Positions 29,220 to 39,611 of a stretch of 64,000 bases of DNA are shown here, piece after piece (the first letter of the stretch is position 1; every line of letters starts with the position of its first letter). The DNA is taken from positions 186,001 to 250,000 of the forward strand of contig NIVC01000135.1 in assembly GCA_002269645.1 (NCBI GenBank). Direction: 5' to 3'. The notes beneath the pieces are model-generated. The model was given only the letters and a program-made list of their open reading frames with translations. It did not search any database and was not told where the DNA came from. This DNA is from Macrostomum lignano (taxonomy: Eukaryota). The translations under genes were made by a program, and so were the position numbers.

Positions 29220-32202
29220 TCAAGAGGCCAGCCTGCAGAAGCAGAATTTCCTCAGACTCGGCATCCTATGCGCTATGCAGTTGGCCGCGCTGCCGTATCT
29301 GTTTGTCCGGGAAATTTCTCCTATCAGTTCGAAGTCGAGCGCCCGGCCGGTCGCAATTGCCGAGCCGTTGCGCAAAGCGAAGCGCAGCGTGGCTTCGTAC
29401 AGACCTGCGTTTGGCACCGTGCCAAACCGGACGGTGACGTAGCCGGCCGCGGTCAGGCTGCGGATTCGAACCTCGTATGCGAATGCGGCGTCCGTGCGGC
29501 GCTCCCGTTGGGACAGCTCGAGGCTGGCCTGTACATGTGATGGGGTGTGGATTGATAGAATAAAGCTGGACCTACATGTGCAACTAAAAATGCAAGGACA
29601 CTGCACACCATTTTCTAAGAAATAAACTTTATGATATATTCGATAACGGAGGCTCAAAGCACAAATATTTGTGACTTTTCTGTACGTAATAGCAATATTT
29701 GATTACAGTTGCAGATGTGCAACCGAAAGCTCGGCCGCAGCTAATGCGCGGCGCATCTGAAATAACCTGCGTACGGCTGTTCAGTCCAGGAACTGGAGGA
29801 GTCACAACACACCCTAATTTACCCCAGCAAATGCTGGCGCTTATTTTACAGCTAAGGGTGAACTGAAGCAATGCAGAGTTAAGCTTTAAGCTCGAGGACT
29901 CAAATTTTTCCGTCGATTGGGTTGAGAATCATGAGCTCACCACACTGACGTCCGCCTCGCTGATGCTATCGAGCCGCAGCTCGGTGCACGCGTTCCGGAA
30001 GCCGGCCGTGGCGAGGTTCATCTGCGCCACAGCGAACTGAGCAGCTCTCACGGGCAGCTGCTCACTCTCCGGATGTTGCATCTTCTCAGAGCTCAGACAC
30101 GAGCACCAGTGAGCCGGGATGCCCGCCTCTGAGCAGCCTCTGGTCTCGGGAACTTCCTCATCGATCAACGAGTACGACCTGAACTTGTCCGCAGCAGCAG
30201 CAGCGGTCGCATCGGATCCAGCGATGCTCAGCAGAGTCCGGTGAATGTCCGTGGGAATCGTCAGTCGGTTCCGGTTGGTCGCCAGAGTCTGCCGAGCTCG
30301 AGGAAGCCGAGCCTCGAGCTGCCGACTCAGCGCGACTGTCATGAGCGGCAGCGACTCCTCCAGCTTGCCCTGCATCGAGTTCCTAAGCGGTCCGAGTCTC
30401 TGTCCGTGGTCCGACATCAGGATGAGAGTCGTGTTGCTGATGAGGTTCTCGCTGACGAACCACTTCAGGAAGTCGGTCAGCTCAGCGTCCATCGGAGTGA
30501 GGTCTTTGCTCTCGTGAGACAGCGAGCTAAAGAAGCTGAAGGCGAACTTCGGTCGGTCAGGGTACATCGAGAACATGTCCTTGATGGCGGTGAGCATTCT
30601 GGCAGGCGCCACCTCGTTTCCGATGCAGATGTGATGAGACTGGAGGGCCTCCTGTTTCTGCAGCACCGGTCTCAGGTAGAAGTCGGCGGGCTCGTTCTTG
30701 AAGCCCAGGAATCTCAGCTGGAAGGTCCCTGAAAGTCGAGAATTACGGGAGATTCTTGCGGCATCCAACAAGAAGGACAGTGTACTCACAATCGCAAACT
30801 TGTTAGACAGCCTCACCAAAGCTGCTGCCCTCCTCTCCATACAGAGTGAGGTAGCCTAGCTCCTTCAGCTTGTGGAAGATGAACTGCATCACCTCATCCA
30901 GATGCCGAGCTCCCTTGAAGCCCTGGCGAGCTTCGGGCATGTCGGACTCCCTCGTCCCGGTGAGGATGGGCACCAGAGCTGCCGGCGTGCCGTCTCCCAG
31001 GATGTTGTACTGCAGGAGGCTGAGCGCTCCCAGCTGTGTTCTCAGCAGACGGCTCGCATTGACGAGAGACCTCAGACTCTCGAGTCGGGAGAGCGAGTCC
31101 AGTCCGAGAATGATGATGTTGTCCCGCTTGGCGTCGCCTGGCCGAAGTGGGGGCAGCTGGGAGTCCCGCAGTCTCCTGGTCCCGTAGTACACGGAGCTGT
31201 GCTTCGTGCCGTCTCGCGACCTGCAGGACGCCCGGAAGCCCAGGCTGGGCAGCTCGCTGCCGTTTCTGATTGGCTGAGCGCTGCCGAACTTGCTGGTGTG
31301 ATCGTCGAGTCTGAGCACGGGCTCTGCTGAGCAGTTGGCCGCTGCAAACTGGCTGAGCAGCTGCACTCTGGACTGCGACACCCGCAGCCAGTTGGGGCTG
31401 CCCCGCTTGCTGCACAGGTCGGCCGGGATGACGGCGGGCCTTCGATCTCTGATGAACCGGCTGTACAGCGGCAGGTCCGGCGGTGTGCACCTGCTTGAGC
31501 CGTTCGTCTCCTTTGGCAAGCTGCAGTAGTTTGTTTTGTTGCAGAGTGTCACGTGTGTTTAGATTTAAGTGGCGCACACAATCATCCGATCGGTATTTGA
31601 GTTGACGGTTGCTGTTGCTATTAACTTTTAATTACCGATACAATATAACTAACTTATCACGAGTTATATAACTACATAACTAGTTATATAGTATCTGTGC
31701 TTTCAATCTGATAGCTTGTGAAACCTGAGATGATTTATTTCATTGTCATTGGACTAGCAGTTCCGTCCCCCCGCGGGTTTTTTTGAAATCAAGAAAGTGT
31801 CTAAAGTGTTTTCGTATGCTTTTTAGCCAACAGTGCCGTGATGTCCTCTGATCTGCCAAATATTTAGCGAGGCTATCAAAAATTATTAAATAGTTGTTAT
31901 TCAGGTTTTATTGATTTCGGTCATTGTGTCTAAATCAATTGATAATTCTAGGTATAAAATGCATAAACTTCTCACGTCTTTAGAATGGCGATAAAGTCCG
32001 CTTCGCTCAAACCTGACGAATTCCTAATAGTAGGAGATACTTTCGTAGTTTTCGGACTGATTCGCCGAAGTAGCGAACGTCTTTCGTACACAGCTTGCAG
32101 CAGAGTCGCCGTCACGAATATGAGCATCAGGGAGGTGACAATCACAGTCCTTGCTGTTAGGCAGCCTTTGTCCTGCCTGGCTCTGCCCCTGCAAAGCCCC
32201 AT
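29220..32202 (-). CDS. DUF229-family (AlkP/sulfatase-like) type II membrane protein, copy A, 4 exons
   Basis: Exons 32202-31976, 31520-30817, 30728-29941 and 29528-29220 join in frame (phases 2, 1, 0). N-terminal TM (TVIVTSLMLIFVTATLL); NIIILGLDSLSR, YNILGDGTPAALVPILTG, YGEEGSSFGTF..GFKNEPADFYLRP, SLSHE, ILMSDHGQRLG..QGKLEESLP and SRTNRYG..CI..LRKFCFC match the DUF229 motif order. Confidence 0.85.
29700..29895 (-). mobile_element. 5'-truncated CORE-type SINE in DUF229-A intron 3
   Basis: Reverse complement shares CTTAACTCTGCATTGCTTCAGTTCACCC..GCTGTAAAA and CAGA[T/C]GCGCCGCGCA..AGCTGCGG..TCGGTTGCACATCT with the SINE at 51218-51468. Confidence 0.7.
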
Positions 32203-33799
32203 GACTATTGAGGATGGATTCCTCTCCAGCTCACTTAGGCAACGAATTCTCGAGCTTAAACGTCAAATAGAGCTTGTGACTGTACGCTCGTGGGCAGGTC
32301 GAGCTACCCCTGACCTCCTGGCAGTTGAGCGGGAGCTTCAGACAGCTATTGGCCGAGCTGCACAAATCCTACAGCTGTTGGACATGCGGGGAAGGCGGGA
32401 AGGCGGGAGGGGGAGTGGAAGGAGGAATCGAGAGCGAAATGTAAATCCTGTACAGAGAGGTTGTCATTCGGTGAGAACAGAAGATACAAGACGTGCTTCG
32501 GCTTCATTCTGTACTAAGCTAGAAGGGTATGTGCTATAGGCTTGTTGGTCAAAGGATACCTAAAGTAGGAGATAAGCGCAGTGCAGTCTGATTTGATTTC
32601 TGCCTCTTATCTACTCACGGTTTACATGTAGCTCCTAAATAAGATATTCGGCAATGTCCCGTACCGTCGCGAAATTTCAGCTTGCGCTAATAGAATTCAC
32701 TTTCTCCCTTTTCATTTTCTTCCATTCCCTGTGTGCCAAGTCCATCTTCTATCTACCGCGCTCTACGTACTGTACATTCTTATCTTGTTTTCCGATTATC
32801 GATAGGTGACTTTTCAGTGAGCCCCCCCCCTCGGTCTCGTTAGAGCATTTTAGCCCTCGCCCTTTACCCATTTCTTCTTATCTTTTCTCTCCCCTCTCTC
32901 TCAACCACGCAAATAAATATACTGCTGGAGGAGCCTTTTCATCTTACGTTTGGTTTTTCAAGTTGTTATTGTCTACGTATTCACTGGCCAGTGTTATTTC
33001 TTCAGTTATTTTTCTACACGTGCCGTCGCGAAGAACCAAGAATCTTTCTTAGGTCCAATAGCCCTTACCAACTTCTCTGAGGTTTCTAACCAACCTAAAA
33101 CGTCTCAAAAGTTCCTCAACAGGTACAGATCACAGTACACTGAGCTCATGCTCCGGCCCATGACCAGCTAGCCGCATATCCAAGTTGGGCTTGTCCATCT
33201 CTACCGGACTGTATCGATCCGAATTAGGAATTTTTACTTACGAGCTACTATACTTGAATGAATTAGCTCCTAATGACGTTCATGTGACGAAGAAACGTAT
33301 TGGTCAGCATGAAATGTCCTGTTTATTGTCTTACAGTGTCTTACGTAAGCCTCATCAATGATTTTTATTCATTCCCAGTGAAATGAGCCCCTAGCGCACC
33401 TCGTGGGGGTCATTATAATATTAAAATTTATCTGACTCAGCCTAGAATTCTACAACAGAATTTATTGCCTTCCAACCTACCCAGGGAGACAGCCGTCTAT
33501 GCAGTTTGTTGAGTCTATGCTCACTGCATTGGCAAAATTCCCTATGGAATTCAACAGTCTGGTATAAAGTAGTTTATTTGGTGTTCGAGTTGCCAACAAG
33601 AAAGTTAACATACATGTATTAACTGCATGGGGTGTAGCTGTACTGCGTGGTGACGATGTTTCTATTCAAAATTGATGAGAAACCCTTCAGAAAGAAAGCA
33701 CGAGTTCTCGTAATATTTTATCTGATTTTATCTGATTAATTAGACGAATTAAACTATAGTTATCTGATTTTAGTAAACCTCTCGATACTCAAGTTCCAA

Positions 33800-34190
33800 G
33801 GTCTCATAGTCCTATCCCCAGTCCTATAGTCCCGGTCGTATAGTATAGTCCCAGTCCTTTAGTCCCACTCCTATAGTTCTAGTCATAAAATCTCCAGTCC
33901 TATAGTCCCAGTCCTATGGTGCCAGTCCTATAGTCACAGTCCTACATGTATAGTCCCAGTCCTATAGTCCCAGTCCTATAGTCCCAGTCCTATAGTCCCA
34001 GTCCTATAGTCCCAGTCCTATAGTCACAGTCCTACATGTATAGTTCCGGTCCTATAGTGCCAGTCCAATAGTCATAGCCATATAGTCTCAGTGCTATATT
34101 CCCAGTCGTATAGTCCCAGCCCCTATAGTTCCAGTCCTTAGCCACTGCACAGTCCTATAGTCCCGAGTCCCAGTCTTCAGTCCTACTGTA
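33800..34190 (+). repeat. 14-bp minisatellite (CCTATAGTCCCAGT)
   Basis: Seen directly. Confidence 0.9.
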
Positions 34191-35656
34191 TAGCCCCCCC
34201 CCAGACATCTGTCTCAAGCTCTGCAGTGCTTTTAATCCCCCTGTTATCTAATCTTGCAGACTCAAAAAAGCATCGCTATGAAATGAAACCAATTTTTTCG
34301 CAAATTTATGAAATGAAATTCGTCAAATTCTTGCATCAGTTGCATGATGGAATGGTTGCAATACAATCAATTGCAATGGTTCAATTGATGGCGAAGTAAA
34401 CGAGAATAAATTTATGACTTAATAACTTGATGTACTAAAGCAATGAGAGGCAATGATGCACATTTTGCGTCTGCGTTCATCTACAATACTAAAAGAACAT
34501 AGCTTTAAATGTAGGCCATGGGCAAACACAACTTGCATGTGTTGTGCTACAGGCCGGATCACTACCCTGACTATCACAGATAGCCGGATCACTACCCTGA
34601 CTATCACAGATAGCCGGATCACTACCCTGACTATCACAGTGAACGAGCCGAAGATGGCGTCAGTCAACTGGCCGGACTGACTTCGGACTCTGAGCGGGGG
34701 ATCGCGACAGGAGACTTAATAAGCCCGTCCCTAATGCACAGATTAATTCCCGCCAGTCCCTCAAATAAGAAAGACACGCGACTCACTCTGTTTCTTCGGG
34801 TAACAGCGGTGGCGGCAGCAGGGGTGGCTTCTCTCAATGTTCTCTCTTCAGTCTATAGAATAGACAGGTATCTAGATTGCAACATTAGACTTATGGCTGT
34901 GACTTGCACAATTCAACCAACGAAAAAGAGAGAGATGCCTCCCTTACTGCCGCTCCTACATATATTTATATTTGTGCTAGCTGGTTAAGCCCTGGGGTAT
35001 CACTACCCCAGGCCCAGCTATTCAAAATACACAATGAGAACAATTTACAGTGAGCTTCAGATATATTTTAGGTTGTACATGTACATTACATCGGGTTAGA
35101 CAAAAAATAGCAAATAAATCTAAATTAATTTTAGATTGTCCCGCCGATGCATTGCTCGCCGAGATTTTCCTGCAGCGCATTTTGCCACGCGTCAGATTCT
35201 CTCTGCATTGCCTCCCTCCAATGCTTGCGCTCGTATTAGTCTTAATAGAGAGATTTAGGAGACAACAAAGCGACATGTCCTGCAGGAGATTCTCGCGCTC
35301 TCGAGTGTATCGCATTGAATGGGAATACAGCTATATGTAGGGGAAACGCTGAATAAAGTGTGAGGAGTTGTTTCGTTAATTTGCCGCGCATTGTTTGTCA
35401 AAAGCGCTTAATGAATTTTAACATACTTTTTCCTAAATGTGAGAAAAGAAAAGTAGCCTAAGGCCAACATTTTTCCAGGAATCAGTGATGTCAGCTGTAT
35501 CGATGTCGTTGTCATCTTAAATTTTTTGTTTCTTTGTGATTTTTTCTGCATAAAATTAGTTTTCGTTAAGTAAATTGCAGGTTATATAAATATTGTTTTG
35601 ATCTATTTTGTACTTTGTAATTTGTACTTTAAGTTATATTAATTAAATTCTAGTTT

Positions 35657-37875
35657 TGATGTAACCGCCCTTGTCGCCTGTCCGCTCCGTAAAGAGACGA
35701 ACGCATGACTAGAGGGGGCAATGACCGTAGGCTGCCTATGACCGGGCAATGACCTGACGGACCTCCAGCACCAGACTGTCCCGCCCACATGATTGGTAGC
35801 TTTGGTAGCGCTTTGTGACCAGAGGGCCAAGGACCCACATGGACCCCACCTGTAGCCAAGGTGCAATAGTTGGTCACTCGGTCATAGTATGACCGAGTGG
35901 CTGCCACCACTCTATGTGACCTGGCGCACCTGGATCTTTCTACCAGACCTCTCGAGGCTAGAGCCCCGCCTGGATTGGTTACCAGGAGATTTAGGCTAAC
36001 AGGGGAGACACATGCAGCCGAGTACAGGGACTCTGCTTGGGGCATGATCGGGAACTCTGGGCTCAATCCTGGAGGATTTCTCAGCAGGGGATCCTTTGTG
36101 GCTGTGAGCGAGGCTGACTTGCGACTTTGATTACTAAGAGTAGTATGAGGCGAACATGTACTGTCTACAGTTTAGATTGCTCAGGGCGAAGGGACGCGTC
36201 AGCATGGGGTTGCAACCTTCCTACTGCCATTCTGTGCCAAGACTCGCTAATCCATCTACTGCACGCACACGCGGCCCCGCAGCACGCACTCACAGGCGGG
36301 CTTTGCACGGGGAGAGGCCATTAGCTTACCCAACTTCCTTATGCTTTGCCACCCCGGGAGAAAGGCTTAGCAAGCCATGAGTGAAATGATGGTGAAAGAG
36401 TGAATAATGATGAGGTTAGTTAATAGTTAATAATTAGGCCCTTAGGCAAATAATCAGGCAATTAGGCGGCTTCACTATTAAGTAAAAATACAGCAAAAGA
36501 TACGGTATTACAACTGGCTCAGCTCTCTAATCAGACAATGGAAAAAATAGGCAAACTCCGGATAAGCAAAGGCAATTAGAGCACAAATCAGTAATAGGAA
36601 CTTACCGGCAGCTGCACAGAGAGAGAGAGAGGCGGAGTGACCGAGGGCGGCTGTAGGCTGCAGTCAGGCAGACGGTGAAGCGGCGATGCGCTGAGGCGAC
36701 GAGGCGCTGGTGTAGATCAGGCGAAGCTGATGATGCTGGGCGGTGTCAGACCGCTGGCCGATAGGCGAGCTCACTTGGGGAGCTGAAGATAACTTGGCGG
36801 TAACAGACCGCGGACCGGCAGGGATTCGTCTTATAGACGAATGGGTCAGAACTCAGTCTGACGGCAAGTCTAAAGAAAGACTAGGAGCCCGAAGGTGGGC
36901 AAAAGTTGAGTCTTCTCATGCCGAAAACCGCCTCCTTTTATAGCCTTCCCAGCCGCCGCTCCAAGATCGTTTCCATGGCTCCCTCTCTCTGATTGGCTGC
37001 CGGCCGAATGACGTCAGAATGAGTCATGATGAGAAACATGAGACCGGCATAGCAACATGAGAAATAGGGAAATTGCGCAATCCGGAGGTGGGGTGGGGGG
37101 ATAATTGGCGCAGCGGGTGGTCGCGAAAGTGTTGCGCAAGCAAACATTGAGAACAATGGGGCCGGGGTCGAGAACAAAGGAATTGAAAATCGGGGATAAT
37201 TGAGGAGAATCAAGAACAATGGAAAAGTAAACATTGGAGAAAAGGTGATAATTAGGTGCGAAAACGAGAACAAAAGAAAGAGAAAATCGGAGAAAATGTG
37301 ATAATTGGTGGGGGTTGAGAGAACAAAGGAATCAAAAACTAGAACAATAGAAGCGGAGGTGGGGTGGGTGTCGCATGAGAATTTTGGGGAGGAGAACAAT
37401 GGCATGAGAAAAGGTTGCGCAAGAGAGGGGGATGAGTCATCGATGAGTCATCGAGGGGAAGAAGGGGTCACACGACTTGCGTCACCGTTTGGGAGTTTGG
37501 GAAAGGATGGGAGGACGGTGAGCACACAACATACTGTAAGTAGACGTAGAGAAAGAGGGGACAGCGCAAGAAAAGAGTGCAGAGGGAGACAAAAAGAGGG
37601 GGGATAGGGAAAGTACAAGAAGAAAAGGGTGGAGTGCAGGGGAGATAAGGTAGAGGGGAGGGTACAGAGAGGGACAGGGAGCTCCGGAAAGGCAGGTGTG
37701 GCGGCAGGGGAGACGGAACCAAGGCAGCAGGGGGGTGCAGCAGAGCGGGAGTCTCCAGGCCTGGTCGGAAACCTGGCCGAGTCTCGACGGCTCTGTGCAG
37801 GGGGGTACACGGGATAGGAGGCACTTACGAAAAAGTTCCCATGCCCTATCCCGCGACCAGAGCGTGGTTACATCA
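35657..37875 (-). mobile_element. Putative solo LTR (2219 bp)
   Basis: TG..CA termini with 10-bp inverted ends TGATGTAACC/GGTTACATCA, flanked by a GTTT 4-bp duplication; contains an ordered minus-strand AP-1/CRE/CCAAT/TATA promoter; no recognisable coding domain. Confidence 0.65.
36936..37026 (-). promoter_or_regulatory. Pol II promoter module inside the solo LTR
   Basis: AP-1 TGA(G/C)TCA 37020-37026, CRE TGACGTCA 37009-37016, CCAAT 36992-36996 and TATAAAA 36936-36942, in canonical order on the minus strand. Confidence 0.6.
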
Positions 37876-38404
37876 GTTTTTTATTAATTTTTTCTGATCT
37901 GAGGTCATCTGAGGTTTTAATGAACTGAATACCCCGCCAATTTAAATTGTATTCGCGCGTTTTTTGTGTGCCTCGTAACTTGGCTTTTTTCTCGTGCACC
38001 TTTCGTCTTGTCGAATAAATTACTGCAATAACTTAAATTAAATAATTCAATTCAAAGCCTAATTAGTAAATTAAGGCTTAGGAAAGTAAATTACGTCATA
38101 AATTAAGCGCTTTTTTCAGTTAGGGAGTCTAACAACCGCATTTAACTTTCCAGAAGGGTGGGAATTGTGTCATTACTTTCATTTATAATGTTATGCATGT
38201 TTCACAATTGTTTTTGAGCTTACTTTGGCGCCCAAAACGTTTCCAATTAGAGTAATATACAAAAAAGCGCTGTATTGTTGTAGGGGTTTGGCAGGTCGGG
38301 TTTTGGCACCGGGTTCGGGGTTTGAAAAAAATGTTCGGATCGGGGTTCGGGGTTTCGGGGTCCCCCGAAACTGTCCGTCCTTAACATAATTGACTAACTT
38401 ACTT

Positions 38405-38608
38405 GACTTCTAAGTAAGACCTGCTTGGACTCACTGCAGGGACAGGGTGGTTACCATGGCCCTCTCAGGTCATGGCTTTTTTCTGCAGGCATCGCTACCT
38501 CCAGGGAAAATCCGTAGCAATGAATGCTCATTCTGCCTCTCCGGTGTCGAGATTCGAGAATGCGGAGCACTTCATCTGTGAATGCTCCGCCTTTACTCAG
38601 GACAGGCT
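38405..38608 (+). mobile_element. LINE ORF2 C-terminal relic, left part, interrupted by the Gypsy element
   Basis: LSGHGFFCRHRYLQG..(frameshift) ECSFC..ENAEHFICECSAFTQDRL resembles the C-terminal CCHC region of non-LTR ORF2; continues at 46838. Confidence 0.65.
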
Positions 38609-39035
38609 TGTAACGAGTCCGGTATATTTAATATTACTAGCGAAGAGAGAGTATTAGCAACGTATATGGTTCAGCAGATACGTCTGTCAGTCCTGGACGA
38701 TTTACTATACTCGGAGCATAAGAAATCTTACTGTCTTAGTATGAATGCGTACACTGCAGTGATCGGCTCTGATTATAATTATTGTATCTCACGTACATGC
38801 TAGGTTGATCTACGTCCCAGGCTGCCACACGTGCGCTTACAGAAAAAGACTAGAACTTACATGTTAAAATTATGAGTCGCATTTCTTGAAAACGGAAACC
38901 AAATTAACAAAATACGTAATATTAAAACCCTAGAATAATTACGCACGTAATCTAAACAGCTAAGGATTTGAATAAAGTTAAAATACACCATGTTAATAGA
39001 CTAGATTTGAATTACAGAATTTCCAAACCGTTACA
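38609..39035 (-). repeat. 3' LTR of the Gypsy element
   Basis: Direct repeat of 46411-46837; TGTAAC..GTTACA termini. Confidence 0.97.
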
Positions 39036-39611
39036 CTCGCCTCCCTTCCAAAACGAGCCTATTGGCAGTAAACTACATGAAACATTATTAACATGATTAG
39101 CGTTATTAACCGAACACATCGAACAGAAATTGAATGACACAAAAATGGGAACACGAACGGAGTGAACGAAATATTCAAAGTAGACGTCACCGAAAGTATA
39201 CGAATGTTGAGAAGTCATTGAGCATATTGCATGGGATTTAAAAGACCTTAAGTAACATTCTGTAACTAGCACGGATTAAAATATTGCATCACTGAGACTT
39301 TATAAGCAAGGACGTAAAATAACAATTAATAATTACAACTGAAACCGAGAGCTAAGTGACAAAAGCAAATCACAGAACCGAAAATAACGTCACCACGGAT
39401 CGGAATGCACGAACTTCAATTCGAACTGCGCAGCAGAGCTCACCCAGCCAACACACGGACGGGACGCCGCCCCACACACACACAACCCACCGGCGGCAAC
39501 GCAACCGGCAGACTCAGGGCTAACTTGGCACTGGCACGGAAAACAAAGAACAGAAAAGGAAGAAGAGAACAAAGCGAGACAACACAACGAATGGAGGGAA
39601 AGAGAAGGAAA

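Noticed and set aside
30729-30840. Apparent stop (GEAV*) or frameshift splitting DUF229, also at 62619-62711
   Set aside because: Explained by a phase-1 GT-AG intron that restores SSFG-TFQLRF; no read-through or recoding is needed.
30241-31529. Opposite-strand and alternative-frame ORFs over the DUF229 copies (also at 48536-49007 and 61801-63547)
   Set aside because: Shadow ORFs of GC-rich coding exons; they recur only because the exons are duplicated.
38280-38385. Small hAT-like MITE (GGTTCGGGG subrepeats)
   Set aside because: The terminal inverted repeats and an 8-bp TSD could not be established.
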